A stretch of 64,000 nt of DNA. Source: a virus. Taxonomy: Duplodnaviria > Caudoviricetes. Under the pieces are notes generated by a model that was given only the letters and a program-made list of their open reading frames with translations, was not told the origin of the DNA and did not search any database. The translations under genes and the position numbers were made by a program. The stretch's first letter is position 1, and the number at the start of each line of letters is the position of its first letter. Shown piece by piece: positions 20,547 through 31,149 of the stretch. The stretch spans positions 26,988-90,987 of the IMG/VR virus record IMGVR_UViG_3300048502_000185, one strand, 5' to 3'.

Positions 20547-20981
20547 TTATTCCCAAACGATTGTATGATTTTGGACAGTGCCAATCTTGGCGCCAGAAAC
20601 TTGTGCGCGCAATAGGCTAATATATACATCAACAGAAACAGAATCGAAACTTGAAAGCCCGACCAAATTCATCACTGTCAAATGTTCGTAAGTCCCACGA
20701 AAACCTGGCAGCATTCTAATTAGCGTTTCCTGATCCTTGAACGTCCTCACGGTTCCTGATGGGAGGGTAGGAGAACATAGTGGACCCGAAAAAACGAACT
20801 TGCTAAACTCTTTATAATTGGCATCGTTGCAATCATAAATTGCCGTACCGTCTTCGGCTTCCAGCAAATAATGCTCAAGAGTGCCGCCGCTGGAACTACC
20901 AGTGATATCAGAGCCGTTAGTGGATTGAGCGTGCCATCCGTTTTGGCCTCGACCTATCAAAACCGTCTTCATTGAATACAT
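20547..20981 (-). CDS. Hypothetical protein
   Basis: 144-aa ORF. Confidence 0.65.
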   Translation of the reverse strand: MYSMKTVLIGRGQNGWHAQSTNGSDITGSSSGGTLEHYLLEAEDGTAIYDCNDANYKEFSKFVFSGPLCSPTLPSGTVRTFKDQETLIRMLPGFRGTYEHLTVMNLVGLSSFDSVSVDVYISLLRAQVSGAKIGTVQNHTIVWE

Positions 20982-21361
20982 TTTACTAATCCTTTATATG
21001 TTTTTTATTTGCAACGAAACTAAAATTTGGTGTTTTTATCTATATGAGAAGGTGTTCCACCGAACCTGATTTGTTATGTTTTTTATAGTCTATCATAAAA
21101 GACTTTGATTCCGACTTTGCTTTCGCTGAGGTTTAGACTAATTGTCTGAACCGTTGTCGGTCTCACACTATACGCATCAGGTCAAAGACCCGATGGGAAA
21201 ATTATTTTTTTATCACGAAAACACGACTTCAAAAGAAGTCAATGCAATCCAACAAAACGAACAAAGACAAACTGCACATTCAAATGTAATCATGATATTT
21301 TTCAACACTTGTTAGGAGTGCTGCTCAACTATTGATTGAGGTTCGTACACGATGGGAATAT

Positions 21362-21643
21362 TTACCAGAATGCTTTCAATCTCATCAATCTTTCAAATTC
21401 TTCTTGAGTTTTGCAAGGTATTTGCTTATCATTTAGATACCAAGATTTATTACCATTAGCCCATTCAATAGCAGGACCATCTTCTCGGTGCCACTTACCA
21501 TTTACCCACCATTGTTTATGTCCATCAGGATATTCTATAGCCGGACCATCTGTTCGATGAAGATGGCCATTTAAATGCCAACATTTAACACCATCAATTT
21601 CGCGTAATGTTCCATCATTAGGTAATTTAGTTATTTTATACAT
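21362..21643 (-). CDS. HREDGPA-repeat family protein
   Basis: Repeats plus RLMRLKAFW tag. Confidence 0.88.
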   Translation of the reverse strand: MYKITKLPNDGTLREIDGVKCWHLNGHLHRTDGPAIEYPDGHKQWWVNGKWHREDGPAIEWANGNKSWYLNDKQIPCKTQEEFERLMRLKAFW

Positions 21644-21664
21644 TTTATATTAGTCCTTCGGACT

Positions 21665-22096
21665 TCACCAAAACACTCTCAAACTCATTAACCGTTCAAA
21701 TTCTTCCTGAGTGGTGCAATCTATTCGTACATCATTTAGATACCAAAACTTATTACCATTAATATCTTCTAAAGCGGGGCCATCTTCCCTGTGAAGCTTA
21801 TCATGAATATAATATTCTTTATCACCATTAATATATTCAACGGCAGGACCATCTTCTCGATGGAACTGACCATTTAGAATCCAATATTTGACATCATTAG
21901 TATATTCAATAGCAGGTCCATCTTCTCTATGTAACTTGCCTTTTATATACCATTCTTTATCGCCGTTATAGCGTTCTATTGCTGGACCGTCTTCTCGATG
22001 AAGTAAATTATTTAAACGATAAATCTTGGTTCCATCTGACAATTCACACAATTCACCACCATTAGGCAATTTAATTTTTTTAACTATGCCGTTCAT
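21665..22096 (-). CDS. HREDGPA-repeat family protein
   Basis: Four repeats plus RLMSLRVFW tag. Confidence 0.88.
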   Translation of the reverse strand: MNGIVKKIKLPNGGELCELSDGTKIYRLNNLLHREDGPAIERYNGDKEWYIKGKLHREDGPAIEYTNDVKYWILNGQFHREDGPAVEYINGDKEYYIHDKLHREDGPALEDINGNKFWYLNDVRIDCTTQEEFERLMSLRVFW

Positions 22097-22098
22097 AA

Positions 22099-22569
22099 TT
22101 ACCGCTTCAACGAAAGATTACAACCCGTCGCAACTGCATTAATGCAAACAAGATAGCCCAAACAAATCCAAGCAAGTGGATGGAGACAATCAGGCAGCGG
22201 CGAAACCATGACGCCTTCAATCAGCAAAACCCAGCCCAAGGCCTTCAGAGATGAATTGAAAGCAGCCTTGCACCAAGAATATACCGTAGGTGCCGAGAAG
22301 CACAAAGCCCCAATCACAAAGTAAGTTGGAACTTGTTCCAACAGATTTGCGTTCATATCAAGTGCATTATGGGCAACCAAAAATGCAGCTGTCGGCACAA
22401 CGCCACCGAGCAAAATACCGATTGTGGTAGCACTCAAATACTTGCGAGAGAATGCCATGCGCGTCTGTGCGACAACGCTTTTTGGAGATTGAATATTAAC
22501 CCGTCTTGCGACTCGAATACGTTTAGTTGACTCAGGTGCCGAATCGAGAAACTTATGTGCTGTGTTCAT
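22099..22569 (-). CDS. Multi-pass membrane protein
   Basis: About four hydrophobic segments. Confidence 0.7.
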   Translation of the reverse strand: MNTAHKFLDSAPESTKRIRVARRVNIQSPKSVVAQTRMAFSRKYLSATTIGILLGGVVPTAAFLVAHNALDMNANLLEQVPTYFVIGALCFSAPTVYSWCKAAFNSSLKALGWVLLIEGVMVSPLPDCLHPLAWICLGYLVCINAVATGCNLSLKR

Positions 22570-23411
22570 GGTGAATTACCTCTAACTATATTTAGATAAA
22601 ATGCCTCGATGGGAGTTTTGGCAACTTCACGTGCGAAGTTATGAGTGTCCCATGCACTTCGCGGATATATCTTTGAGAACTCATAAGAATATGATTGCTT
22701 CCGGGCGCTTGCTCGCAACTCTTCAATCGAAAGATATTCACGATTCAAACGAAGTTTTTCCAAACTTGCCCTAACAATCTTTCCAGACAACAATTTGAAT
22801 TGAACCGTAGTATTCTGTCGATTCGGCTTGTTATAGCCGTTAGCATAGAATTGCCCGAAAGACTTCCAATCAACAACTGATCCAAAAGTGCCAGCAGCAA
22901 GTTTCTCGTAAACCAACTTACCATTGGCATCTTTTAGTTTGCCGGTGATATGCAGTCCAGTTCCCTTGCAAGAAAAACATTCTCGCTTGTCAGCAGCATT
23001 CTTTGGATTGACCCAATTGCCAGAACCAGAACACTTGATGCAAGGTTCGCTAGTGGTCAACTGATATCGGCAATCTGCCGTAAGTCGAACCGACAGACCT
23101 TCGTGCAAGTTTTCAACATCAGGAGAATCAACTAATAGTTTATCAGCAGCAACCATGCGATTGAAAATATATTCTTCCAACCAAACGCGGGCTGATTCGA
23201 CAACTTCTCGAGTCGGCATCAAACAGACTTCATCATCAATGTCAACTGAAGAGACATTATTATTCCAGCCGATCATTGTCGGTGCAGCAAATCGCGTTGT
23301 GCCATACGTATGAGACTTCACCTCTTTGGTGGAATCATCATAATACGTGCACATAAAATCAGAATCGTTGTAGCCGTTAATCTCCCAGTCAGTTAGCAGA
23401 TACTTTGTCAT
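22566..23411 (-). CDS. Hypothetical protein with DnaJ-type Zn finger
   Basis: CIKCSGSG...CFSCKGTG. Confidence 0.75.
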   Translation of the reverse strand: MTKYLLTDWEINGYNDSDFMCTYYDDSTKEVKSHTYGTTRFAAPTMIGWNNNVSSVDIDDEVCLMPTREVVESARVWLEEYIFNRMVAADKLLVDSPDVENLHEGLSVRLTADCRYQLTTSEPCIKCSGSGNWVNPKNAADKRECFSCKGTGLHITGKLKDANGKLVYEKLAAGTFGSVVDWKSFGQFYANGYNKPNRQNTTVQFKLLSGKIVRASLEKLRLNREYLSIEELRASARKQSYSYEFSKIYPRSAWDTHNFAREVAKTPIEAFYLNIVRGNSP

Positions 23412-23463
23412 TTTAATTCTCCGTTATACTTATGTACTTGTCATGCCACCGATGGGAATCGGA

Positions 23464-23745
23464 TCACCAAAATGCTTTCAGTTTCATAAGTCGTTCAAAT
23501 TCTTCTTGAGTTTTGCAAGGCACATGCTTGTCATTTATATACCAATATTTATCACCATTAACACCTTCAGACGCTGGACCATCTTCTCGATGAAGTTTAC
23601 CATTTAGATACCACCATTTACTGCCATCATCATTTTCAACAGCAGGACCATCTTCTCGGTGAAGATTACCATTTAAATACCATTCTTTATTGCCATCAGA
23701 ATCCTCTTGCAATTCGCCACCATTGGGTAGTTTAGTTATTTTCAT
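23464..23745 (-). CDS. HREDGPA-repeat family protein
   Basis: Repeats plus RLMKLKAFW tag. Confidence 0.88.
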   Translation of the reverse strand: MKITKLPNGGELQEDSDGNKEWYLNGNLHREDGPAVENDDGSKWWYLNGKLHREDGPASEGVNGDKYWYINDKHVPCKTQEEFERLMKLKAFW

Positions 23746-23749
23746 ATTT

Positions 23750-23965
23750 TCACCAGAATGCTTTCAATCTCATTAGTCTTTCAAATTGCTTTTGAGTTGT
23801 GCAAGGTAAACGTTCACCATTTACCCACCATTCTTTACTGCCATCATCATTTTCAACAGCAGGACCATCTTCTCTATGATAAATATCATATAGAAACCAA
23901 CATTTGTTGCCATTAGCATATTCTACTAATCGACCACCATTAGGCAATTTAATTAATCTTTTCAT
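23750..23965 (-). CDS. HREDGPA-repeat family protein
   Basis: One repeat plus RLMRLKAFW tag. Confidence 0.85.
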   Translation of the reverse strand: MKRLIKLPNGGRLVEYANGNKCWFLYDIYHREDGPAVENDDGSKEWWVNGERLPCTTQKQFERLMRLKAFW

Positions 23966-24027
23966 TTTATGCTTTTCATATTGAAAATGCCGCCAAATGC
24001 TTTCACATTGGCGGCACATTCTTTATT

Positions 24028-24441
24028 TTAGTAAGCAATTCCAAGTCGGCGACATTCCGAAAATGTCAGCGTTTTAGTTCCTTCAGGCGCGGTCACAACC
24101 GGAGCAACTGGCGCGACAGTCTTCTTTGCTTGTCGAGCCGCAAGAAGCTTTGCAGTGATATCAGCAAGAGCGTCAGGCTCCTCTTCTTCGTCCTCAGAAT
24201 CATTCTCGTCCTCTTCGTCAGAGTCATCATCCGAATCTTCGGAATCGTCCTCTTCATTCGCTTCCTCAGAAGCATCCAAATCAGCCTCAAAGGATCCTTC
24301 AACAGTTTCAGATTCACTAGGCACATCCTCAAAACCTTCACCAGCGGCGGAAACAAGCTCAACCGCTTCCTCAAGCGAATCAGCTTCAACATTAAAAGTT
24401 CCAGTCTGCTCCCAGAAACACACAACTTTAAAAATAGCCAT
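24028..24441 (-). CDS. Highly acidic hypothetical protein
   Basis: Long D/E tract. Confidence 0.75.
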   Translation of the reverse strand: MAIFKVVCFWEQTGTFNVEADSLEEAVELVSAAGEGFEDVPSESETVEGSFEADLDASEEANEEDDSEDSDDDSDEEDENDSEDEEEEPDALADITAKLLAARQAKKTVAPVAPVVTAPEGTKTLTFSECRRLGIAY

Positions 24442-24697
24442 TTTGATTACCTTATACCTTTTTAGTTTTTTACGATTCCTACAACTATAAATTGAACTTC
24501 AAACTCGATGGGACTTTGCTCACTTATTGAGATGTTTCGTACTACCAGAACCCATGGTCGCACCCAAATGCAAACTCGTGCCATGTTGATGGCCTGCACT
24601 AAATGCAACGCCATTCATTTGAGCTTGCGAACGTGTATTTACCTTCTTAAGGTTATCGTTCAACTTATACATTGCTTGAGTAGAATCTTTCATTCTT

Positions 24698-25237
24698 TCA
24701 ATCAATCTTCACAATGGCTGCACTGGTGGCATGCTCTTGTGCTTTTACTCGGCTCGCACTTAGCTGCTCGGCGATTCCCGCAACGAAACCAGTACAATAC
24801 GAGGCAATAAAAACCCGCCCCATACCTTTAGCTTCCAATTGAGACAGGCGCGAACATTCGGCAGACAACCAAGTAAACATAAACCTGGTCAAGCCAATAT
24901 CAGAACGTTTGCCCACGAGCTTATATCGCGAAACTTTTCTTCCACCAGAATAACTCGTATCATTCCAATGAGCGCAACCATAGTGGTGAGCGAGCACGCG
25001 CACAAGCATCTTTTTCCATTCGGTCACTTTGCCAGACTCATAGATATATCCGTCGTCTTCCTCGATGGGCTCGGAATGGCCTTCATCAGAAACTTCCAAA
25101 TCGGCTTCCGACAAGCGATATTCATCAATTAGTTTGTTTGCCAAACCACTGGCAGCGGCAGCTTCATGAGCATTTGACGCATCACCAGCAAGAGCAAGCA
25201 ATTTTCGAACCTTATCAATAACATTATCAATGGACAT
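24698..25237 (-). CDS. DUF2786-domain protein
   Basis: IDKVRKLLALA...NAHEAAAA...A.KLI.EY.L. Confidence 0.85.
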   Translation of the reverse strand: MSIDNVIDKVRKLLALAGDASNAHEAAAASGLANKLIDEYRLSEADLEVSDEGHSEPIEEDDGYIYESGKVTEWKKMLVRVLAHHYGCAHWNDTSYSGGRKVSRYKLVGKRSDIGLTRFMFTWLSAECSRLSQLEAKGMGRVFIASYCTGFVAGIAEQLSASRVKAQEHATSAAIVKID

Positions 25238-25297
25238 TTGAATTCTCTTTTCCTAAAACACTAATCAAAACAAACACTTGTGTGCCGATGGGAGCTT

Positions 25298-25489
25298 TCA
25301 CTCGGGTAGATAATAATCGAACCATGGTCCCAATAAAACCGTTTGGACTTGTGCAATCTTACTTAGACATGAGCGGCTTGATGTTTCGGGGCTTTGACAA
25401 AATCTCATTGCTCCCTCTTCGGAGAAGCCTTTTAGCAAAACAATTCGCGTTCCATTATAAAGGAACCTGACAATCTTATAGGTGTCCAT
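25298..25489 (-). CDS. Small hypothetical protein (paralog of 47030 gene)
   Basis: TY.I.R...C.S..TSSR.C...G.WFDYY shared. Confidence 0.7.
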   Translation of the reverse strand: MDTYKIVRFLYNGTRIVLLKGFSEEGAMRFCQSPETSSRSCLSKIAQVQTVLLGPWFDYYLPE

Positions 25490-25520
25490 GACGGAACTCG
25501 TATGTTAGTGTGTAAATGTA

Positions 25521-25763
25521 TTATTCTCTATTGATAATCGCCTGTTCACGCGTATGCCAAGAAAAATAAAACTCTTGCAGCCGCTCATGAAACTCATTGA
25601 AAAGAATCTGATCTGATTCTGAAAGTGAATCATCTCTTGATGCAGCATCGAAAGCTCGTTCAACTGCACTAATCAATGCGCTTGCAGAAGTTTCTTTTAG
25701 AAACGCTTTGCAAATATTAACCATTGCACCTTGGGTCGAGTCTATATCAATTGAAACTTTCAT
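25521..25763 (-). CDS. Hypothetical protein
   Basis: ORF downstream of the tRNA. Confidence 0.55.
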   Translation of the reverse strand: MKVSIDIDSTQGAMVNICKAFLKETSASALISAVERAFDAASRDDSLSESDQILFNEFHERLQEFYFSWHTREQAIINRE

Positions 25764-25785
25764 TGTTTTTTTTCTTTCATAGTAG

Positions 25786-25868
25786 TACCGAAGAAGGGAT
25801 TTGAACCCTTACACCCGTGAGGGTAACCGATCTTGAGCCGGTCGTGTCTGCCATTCCACCACTTCGGC
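25786..25868 (-). tRNA. trnL: tRNA-Leu(CAA)
   Basis: GCCGAAG/CTTCGGT acceptor stem; D-loop TGGAATGGCAGAC; anticodon arm ACCGG-CTCAAGA-TCGGT; long variable arm; AAGGG-TTCAAAT-CCCTT T arm; followed by CTA, not CCA. Confidence 0.93.
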
Positions 25869-27112
25869 GTATTTATTCATTTTCTAAATATATCATAGAT
25901 GATTTAGTTTCTCGACAATCTATACCAGCGTTGCAGAACGAATGCTGATATAGATAAGCAAGAATACTAAGTTAGTAGATTAGAATCTACTCTTGTCGAT
26001 GGGCGTTCTTGAGAGACTCCAAGAGAGCCGTCAATAGTTCTCGTGCCTTATGATGATTTTTGCGTTGAGCAGGATTAAAGCTGGAATACTGCCCAATCTT
26101 AGCAGCATCGGTAAGAGCGGAATTAATCCGCACAACTTCGTCAATAGTGAGCTTAATATTTTTCATGGTATTTTCTTTCTTATAGGAAGACTATAATGTC
26201 CTCATTGTATTATACTTGGCTTGTGTGCCCGATGGGATATGCCCGACTTTTCTTTCGACGCTTTGGCGCCCGAATCGGCTATCCTTTTTATTATTACCGA
26301 CTTTACTTTTGAACGCTTTTTGGTTCCGAGTCGGTTTTCTTACTACATGTAGTCCTGACTTTACTTTCGAATGAATACTCACTCCGAGTCAGCCTTTCTT
26401 ACTGATTATAGATTAAGTTGTGAACTCGATGGGAAGGCTTTAAAAGTTGGCGGCACCAATATTGCAGTCATAGCACAAACCATGCCAAGCGCAACCCATA
26501 TAAAAAACCAGCCTGATATAAGGCTGGCTTCATACACGCATACATAAGTATATAATGTGTTAATATCCGTTTCTTTCGGCTCTATCAGCGCAATCATCGC
26601 ACTGATAGCCAAGTCGCACGTCTGCGGGAGTAAGCCTGTAAGGCTTCTCACAAGTAGGACATGACAAGTTTCTTGGATTGATCTCGGTCGCTGCGCGCAA
26701 AGCCGAATGTCCGCCTGGATCGGCGAAGCCGCAATCAATTCCGAAGTCATCCTCATTGTTCGTTCGAATGATTTATTGTGATTGCTCATGCTAATATCTT
26801 GCTTTTAATATCTGATGGGAATATTCGTGCACACAAGTGTGTGATTGGGACTACTTAAAACTGCTGAATCTTCCGACCCAGCATTAATACTTACACGCAC
26901 ATGATGGGAACTTTACGAAGCTGATATTGCAAGAAGCTCTTGTTAGCTAGAGCAGGCTTCTTAACATTAAAATTATGTTATCTTTTATTAAACAAAGTCC
27001 CTAGACCCCTGTTTTATTAATACAGATATTCCAATATCAGCTTCGTAAAATTCGCATCATAACTTACTATAAATAAACCTCGCCAATTACCTGATTGGAA
27101 CTGTCGAGGCTT

Positions 27113-27304
27113 TCACTCGACTACATGCGCGGCATTATATGCCCGCTTCACTTCCGCACGCACATTTAAAAAAGCACTAACAGCCTTGTTATAACGATGA
27201 TAAAGATCTTCATCCATATCAATATAAGAACCGCTATCAACGATATCAAGAATATAAAACGGATATAATTCTTCATGATCAACAAACACTTTAATAGTCG
27301 CCAT
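27113..27304 (-). CDS. Hypothetical protein
   Basis: ORF with GGAG RBS. Confidence 0.6.
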   Translation of the reverse strand: MATIKVFVDHEELYPFYILDIVDSGSYIDMDEDLYHRYNKAVSAFLNVRAEVKRAYNAAHVVE

Positions 27305-27401
27305 AATAATTAAATCTCCTGTAAGTAGAATTACTTATATCTTCTAATGCCTCAACCCCACCAAACCTCGATGGGCTTGGCAGGGTAAGGCTTTCGTGAG
27401 A

Positions 27402-27761
27402 TTAGACCGTCGCAGGAACCGTATCGCTGATTCGTCGCGTTCCGCCGCCACGTCCCTTGGTCGAAACAAACTCCAGGGGATGATTATGAACGTATTCCTT
27501 GACGCTGGCACTCATTGCAGCGTAATCGCTCAGAGAAACCGTTCCGAGCTTCTGTGCAACATTGGCAGCAAGCGCCGCCATATTGATATTGACACCCTTG
27601 TACTGCTCGAACACCGCATGAACCGCCGTACCAATTGCTTCCGAGGCAAGCAGATGGGTAGTATTGAAAGCCGCGACCGCTTCCGAAACGCTCGTGAGCG
27701 TAGCAGCAAGAGAAACCGTACCGTCAGACTGAAGAACCACGCACGTATTGAGATCAATCAT
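27402..27761 (-). CDS. Hypothetical protein, possibly winged-helix (paralog of 19014 gene)
   Basis: See 19014. Confidence 0.7.
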   Translation of the reverse strand: MIDLNTCVVLQSDGTVSLAATLTSVSEAVAAFNTTHLLASEAIGTAVHAVFEQYKGVNINMAALAANVAQKLGTVSLSDYAAMSASVKEYVHNHPLEFVSTKGRGGGTRRISDTVPATV

Positions 27762-27875
27762 GTTATTATCCTTGAACTTTCTTGTTTTATATTGTTTGAG
27801 AGGTTTTAGTTATTGGGGAAGTTTCTTGCTTCCCCGTGATATTCGATTCTACTTGATACCCGATGGGAACTTACT

Positions 27876-28115
27876 TTAGACGTTAGACTCGTTCGGCGTG
27901 AAAATAATTGAAACAGTGTCATCGAAACGAGACAGCGACCAACTACCTACAACGACGCCATTTTCGTCCTTCATTCTATTACCGATGAAAAGCTCGCTGT
28001 CAGCCAAAGAAAATCTTCCGGTATACTGGGCAAAGTTTTTAATCTCGCGCTTAAGGTCTCCACTGTTTTGCATAACTTCGTCTGCAAAGTCGATTGTAAT
28101 ATTAAGTCGCATCAT
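27876..28115 (-). CDS. Hypothetical protein
   Basis: AAGGA RBS; post-stop TCCCATC. Confidence 0.6.
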   Translation of the reverse strand: MMRLNITIDFADEVMQNSGDLKREIKNFAQYTGRFSLADSELFIGNRMKDENGVVVGSWSLSRFDDTVSIIFTPNESNV

Positions 28116-28189
28116 GTTATTATGTCCTTGAACTTTCTTGTTTGAGATGATTGCTACGTTATTAGTTTCTATCTGTTGCCCGATGGGAC

Positions 28190-28528
28190 TTATTCTTTCT
28201 CTTCAAAGTCCTCATCGTTCGAGCCGTCATCGTCCTCGTCGAAAGCATAATCGGCGGGCCATTTGACACTCGAAAAGTAAACGATTGATCCAAGTCCCAA
28301 TGAATCCTCCGATGGGTTTAGTTCCGCAAGATCCGACAAGTCGTCAAAACATTCGTCTTGATTTCCGTCCATAATCGCTTGGGCAATAAGCACGCCAACT
28401 TTGAAAGAAGACACTCCTCGTTTAAGATTGATGCCAACACATCCACGACCATACATTCCGCGCCCACTATAGTATCGCGCTGTAAAGCCGGCGTCTTCGA
28501 TTGCCTTGATAAGTTTCATTGCGTTCAT
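28190..28528 (-). CDS. Conserved phage hypothetical protein
   Basis: RYYSGRGMYGRGCVG...DSLGLGSIVYF. Confidence 0.7.
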   Translation of the reverse strand: MNAMKLIKAIEDAGFTARYYSGRGMYGRGCVGINLKRGVSSFKVGVLIAQAIMDGNQDECFDDLSDLAELNPSEDSLGLGSIVYFSSVKWPADYAFDEDDDGSNDEDFEEKE

Positions 28529-28800
28529 TTTATTTACCTTGTTCCTTAGTTTTATACTTGTGCCTGATGGGACTTAGACAGTATACCGATGATGGCACAC
28601 TTGACAGTTATTGTGTTCAACGTTCGCACTTGTAATCATACTAGCAGGAATCAAACCGCCATGTTCTTTTCCGCCACACTTATGACAAGTGGCGCCATAG
28701 CCTTTGTTATGATAAAGCGGGTTATGCTTGAGCTTTGCCGCGACTTGTTTGAGCCAATTGCTTGTCATGTTATAATCTTTCTTTTACAGTATCTGATGGG

Positions 28801-29037
28801 TTATTCATAGCTCTCTTCGGAAGAAAAACCAGCCGAAAGAACGAGATTCGTATAAATATCGCGACCGTTCTCGGTCAACGACCGCCAACCAAAATTGCCC
28901 GATGGGCTAAAGCCGGCAAGTTCCGCACGACCCATGTAGGCGTATTCCTTAGAGGATTGACCAGCATGGTACAAAGAACCAAACAACCAATACGCAGACA
29001 AAATATCAAATCTATCAAAATACATTTTGTTATCCAA
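28801..29037 (-). CDS. Hypothetical protein (paralog of 31150 gene)
   Basis: F(D/N)RFDI..AY...LT(E/D)NGR.IY shared. Confidence 0.7.
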   Translation of the reverse strand: MDNKMYFDRFDILSAYWLFGSLYHAGQSSKEYAYMGRAELAGFSPSGNFGWRSLTENGRDIYTNLVLSAGFSSEESYE

Positions 29038-29076
29038 CTTTCTATTATTAGAAAATAAATTAAAACTTGATGGGAA

Positions 29077-29292
29077 TTAGATTCCCAATGCGAGGGCTGC
29101 CTCTTCATCGGTGAGAATCATATCAGTATCGCAGTTAATGTAAGCATGACGCCCAGAAGAAGGCTGATAGCAGTATAACAAGCGATAATTCGTACGTGTG
29201 GTGAAAGGAACCTCGGAGCCACGATTAGCGGCAACCCACGCACCTTGCGACTTCTCATAATCTTTCTTGTCAAGCAGTTCAGTAAGGGTCAT
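29077..29292 (-). CDS. Hypothetical protein (near-duplicate of 45330 gene)
   Basis: MTL.ELLDKKDYE...YCYQPS.GRHAYINC.TD shared. Confidence 0.75.
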   Translation of the reverse strand: MTLTELLDKKDYEKSQGAWVAANRGSEVPFTTRTNYRLLYCYQPSSGRHAYINCDTDMILTDEEAALALGI

Positions 29293-29470
29293 ATCAGGAA
29301 TCTCCTCTTGTTCGATGGGACTAAATGTCAGGTCCTTGTTTGCTTTCTCAAATAGATTGCCAAGTCCAGATGGGTTTCTAGAACGAACGGATATCTCGAC
29401 GTCACGAACACCGGTAAAATTTGCATTGTCATCACCTTCTACGATTAGATTAGTTAATGCCCGATGGGCA

Positions 29471-29830
29471 TTATCGTCTATGTCCGGAGAAACGATTCTC
29501 GACAACATGAGAAAGCTCTTCAGCATACGTGTCACGAAAAGCAATCTGCTTAGGCGTATAGCCCGCAAAAAATTCAGGATCGGTATCGCCAAGTCTGCGA
29601 GTAAGGAAAATCATCAAACCGTGCATCGTGACATCAGATGTCATTGTATCCCACGATGGGATGCCATAGTCCTCACCGAGAAAGAGAACGTCTGCCTTGT
29701 GGGTTAGTACATAACGAATCAGGTTATTACCCTTTGAATCAATGCGGTAAGTGTCCCACGTCGTCAAAACGAATCTTCCAGCCGAAGTATCAAAGTAACA
29801 ACTTCTCAAATAACTGCTCATTTTTTTCAA
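29471..29830 (-). CDS. Hypothetical protein
   Basis: ORF with GGAG RBS. Confidence 0.65.
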   Translation of the reverse strand: MKKMSSYLRSCYFDTSAGRFVLTTWDTYRIDSKGNNLIRYVLTHKADVLFLGEDYGIPSWDTMTSDVTMHGLMIFLTRRLGDTDPEFFAGYTPKQIAFRDTYAEELSHVVENRFSGHRR

Positions 29831-29955
29831 TCTCCTATATATAACACAAAAAGTTTACTCGATGGGTCAAGCGAATAATATTCTGTATGTCAATGTAATC
29901 TAACATCTCATACATAAGTCTTTATCACGCCTAAGAGTTCATATATCGGTTGTTA

Positions 29956-30399
29956 TCATCCAAAGATCGCGCCACGAAAGTCTGCCCCGTCCGTAATGGT
30001 GCTACCGAACGTAGCACCACGAAGATTAGCGCCACGAAAGTTTGCGCAGGTCAAGTTGGCATAAGATAAATCCGCGCCACGCAAGTCTGCGCTGCTCAAG
30101 TCAGCAAACGAAAGGTTGGCACGCTTGAGCTTGGCCCCAGTAAGGTTAGCACTTGCGAGGTTCGCATGCGACAAGTCTGCTTGCTCCAAGTTTGCGCCTG
30201 ACAAGTCTGCCAGCACAAGAATTGCATCGGTCATAACGGCACGTCTTAGGTCGGCACTTCGCAGGTCAAAATCATAAAGATTCGCATCCCGCAGATCAGC
30301 ACCAATAAGTTCGCCACGATGGGCGCATTCAAGCAGATCCTGGTCATCCGCGAAACAATCGAGCAAAGTCTGGTCATTCGTGTTTTTGATGATGGTCAT
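29956..30399 (-). CDS. Pentapeptide-repeat protein
   Basis: Tandem A(D/N)LxxA pentapeptides. Confidence 0.92.
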   Translation of the reverse strand: MTIIKNTNDQTLLDCFADDQDLLECAHRGELIGADLRDANLYDFDLRSADLRRAVMTDAILVLADLSGANLEQADLSHANLASANLTGAKLKRANLSFADLSSADLRGADLSYANLTCANFRGANLRGATFGSTITDGADFRGAIFG

Positions 30400-30732
30400 G
30401 TTAATGCTAATCTCTATTGATAAGATGGGAATCTGAAAAGTGATATTCAGCGCCAACGATATTCCATAAAGTGTTCCGATGTAGCATATGTAAGGAAGTC
30501 GTTTACCAAAGATTCTTGTAGACCAAAATCAAGACAAGCCTTAGGCGTCAGGATCTTATCCGCTGCAAAGCAAAGGCCAGTCAAGATAAACAAGGCGGAA
30601 CGAGTCGTGCCACGAAAATGAAGTCTGGTCGTATGAGTTATGGTCATTGGTTTTTCCTTCTTACAGATATTAGATTAGAATATTTATCGATGGGAATTGG
30701 TTTGGGTAGGTCTGGTCTATAACTTGCTTGAA

Positions 30733-30748
30733 TGCAATTCCTATACCA
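30733..30748 (-). promoter_or_regulatory. sigma54-type promoter
   Basis: TGGTATAGGAATTGCA (GG-N10-GC). Confidence 0.6.
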
Positions 30749-30787
30749 ACTACCCATAAAAGAAAAATTACAGTGTGGGCAAAATCG

Positions 30788-31100
30788 CCTGTACAGTAAG
30801 ATATCTAAGATTAAATATCCCATCAGAGAACTACTTAAAAAATACTGAGATCTCTTCTTCGGTCTCTTTCTCTTCTCCTCTCGGTTTGAAAAAGAAAAAA
30901 AAAACTAAAACTTAAAATATATCGGATTAATTTTCGACTCCTATACGCACGCGTGCGGCTCACCCATCCTTCCTTAGGTTTCCTTCCCAAACTTTTCGGG
31001 AGCTTCCCGCATCCAAGCTCAAGCATAACGGGCCACCTATCCTACAATCTAATTTAAACTTTGCGCGTTTCTAAAAACGGTCTGGCATAGCCAAACGACA
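30788..31100 (+). repeat. Dispersed non-coding element, copy A
   Basis: Shares AATACT(G/A)AGATCTCTTC..CTCCTCTCGGTT, CTATCCTACAATCTAATT and CATAGCC blocks with copies at 42.7-43.1 kb and (inverted) 55.6-56.0 kb. Confidence 0.75.
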
Positions 31101-31149
31101 GGAAGGTTTGTGTGAATTATATTCTTATGTCATAGCATCGACGATGGGT

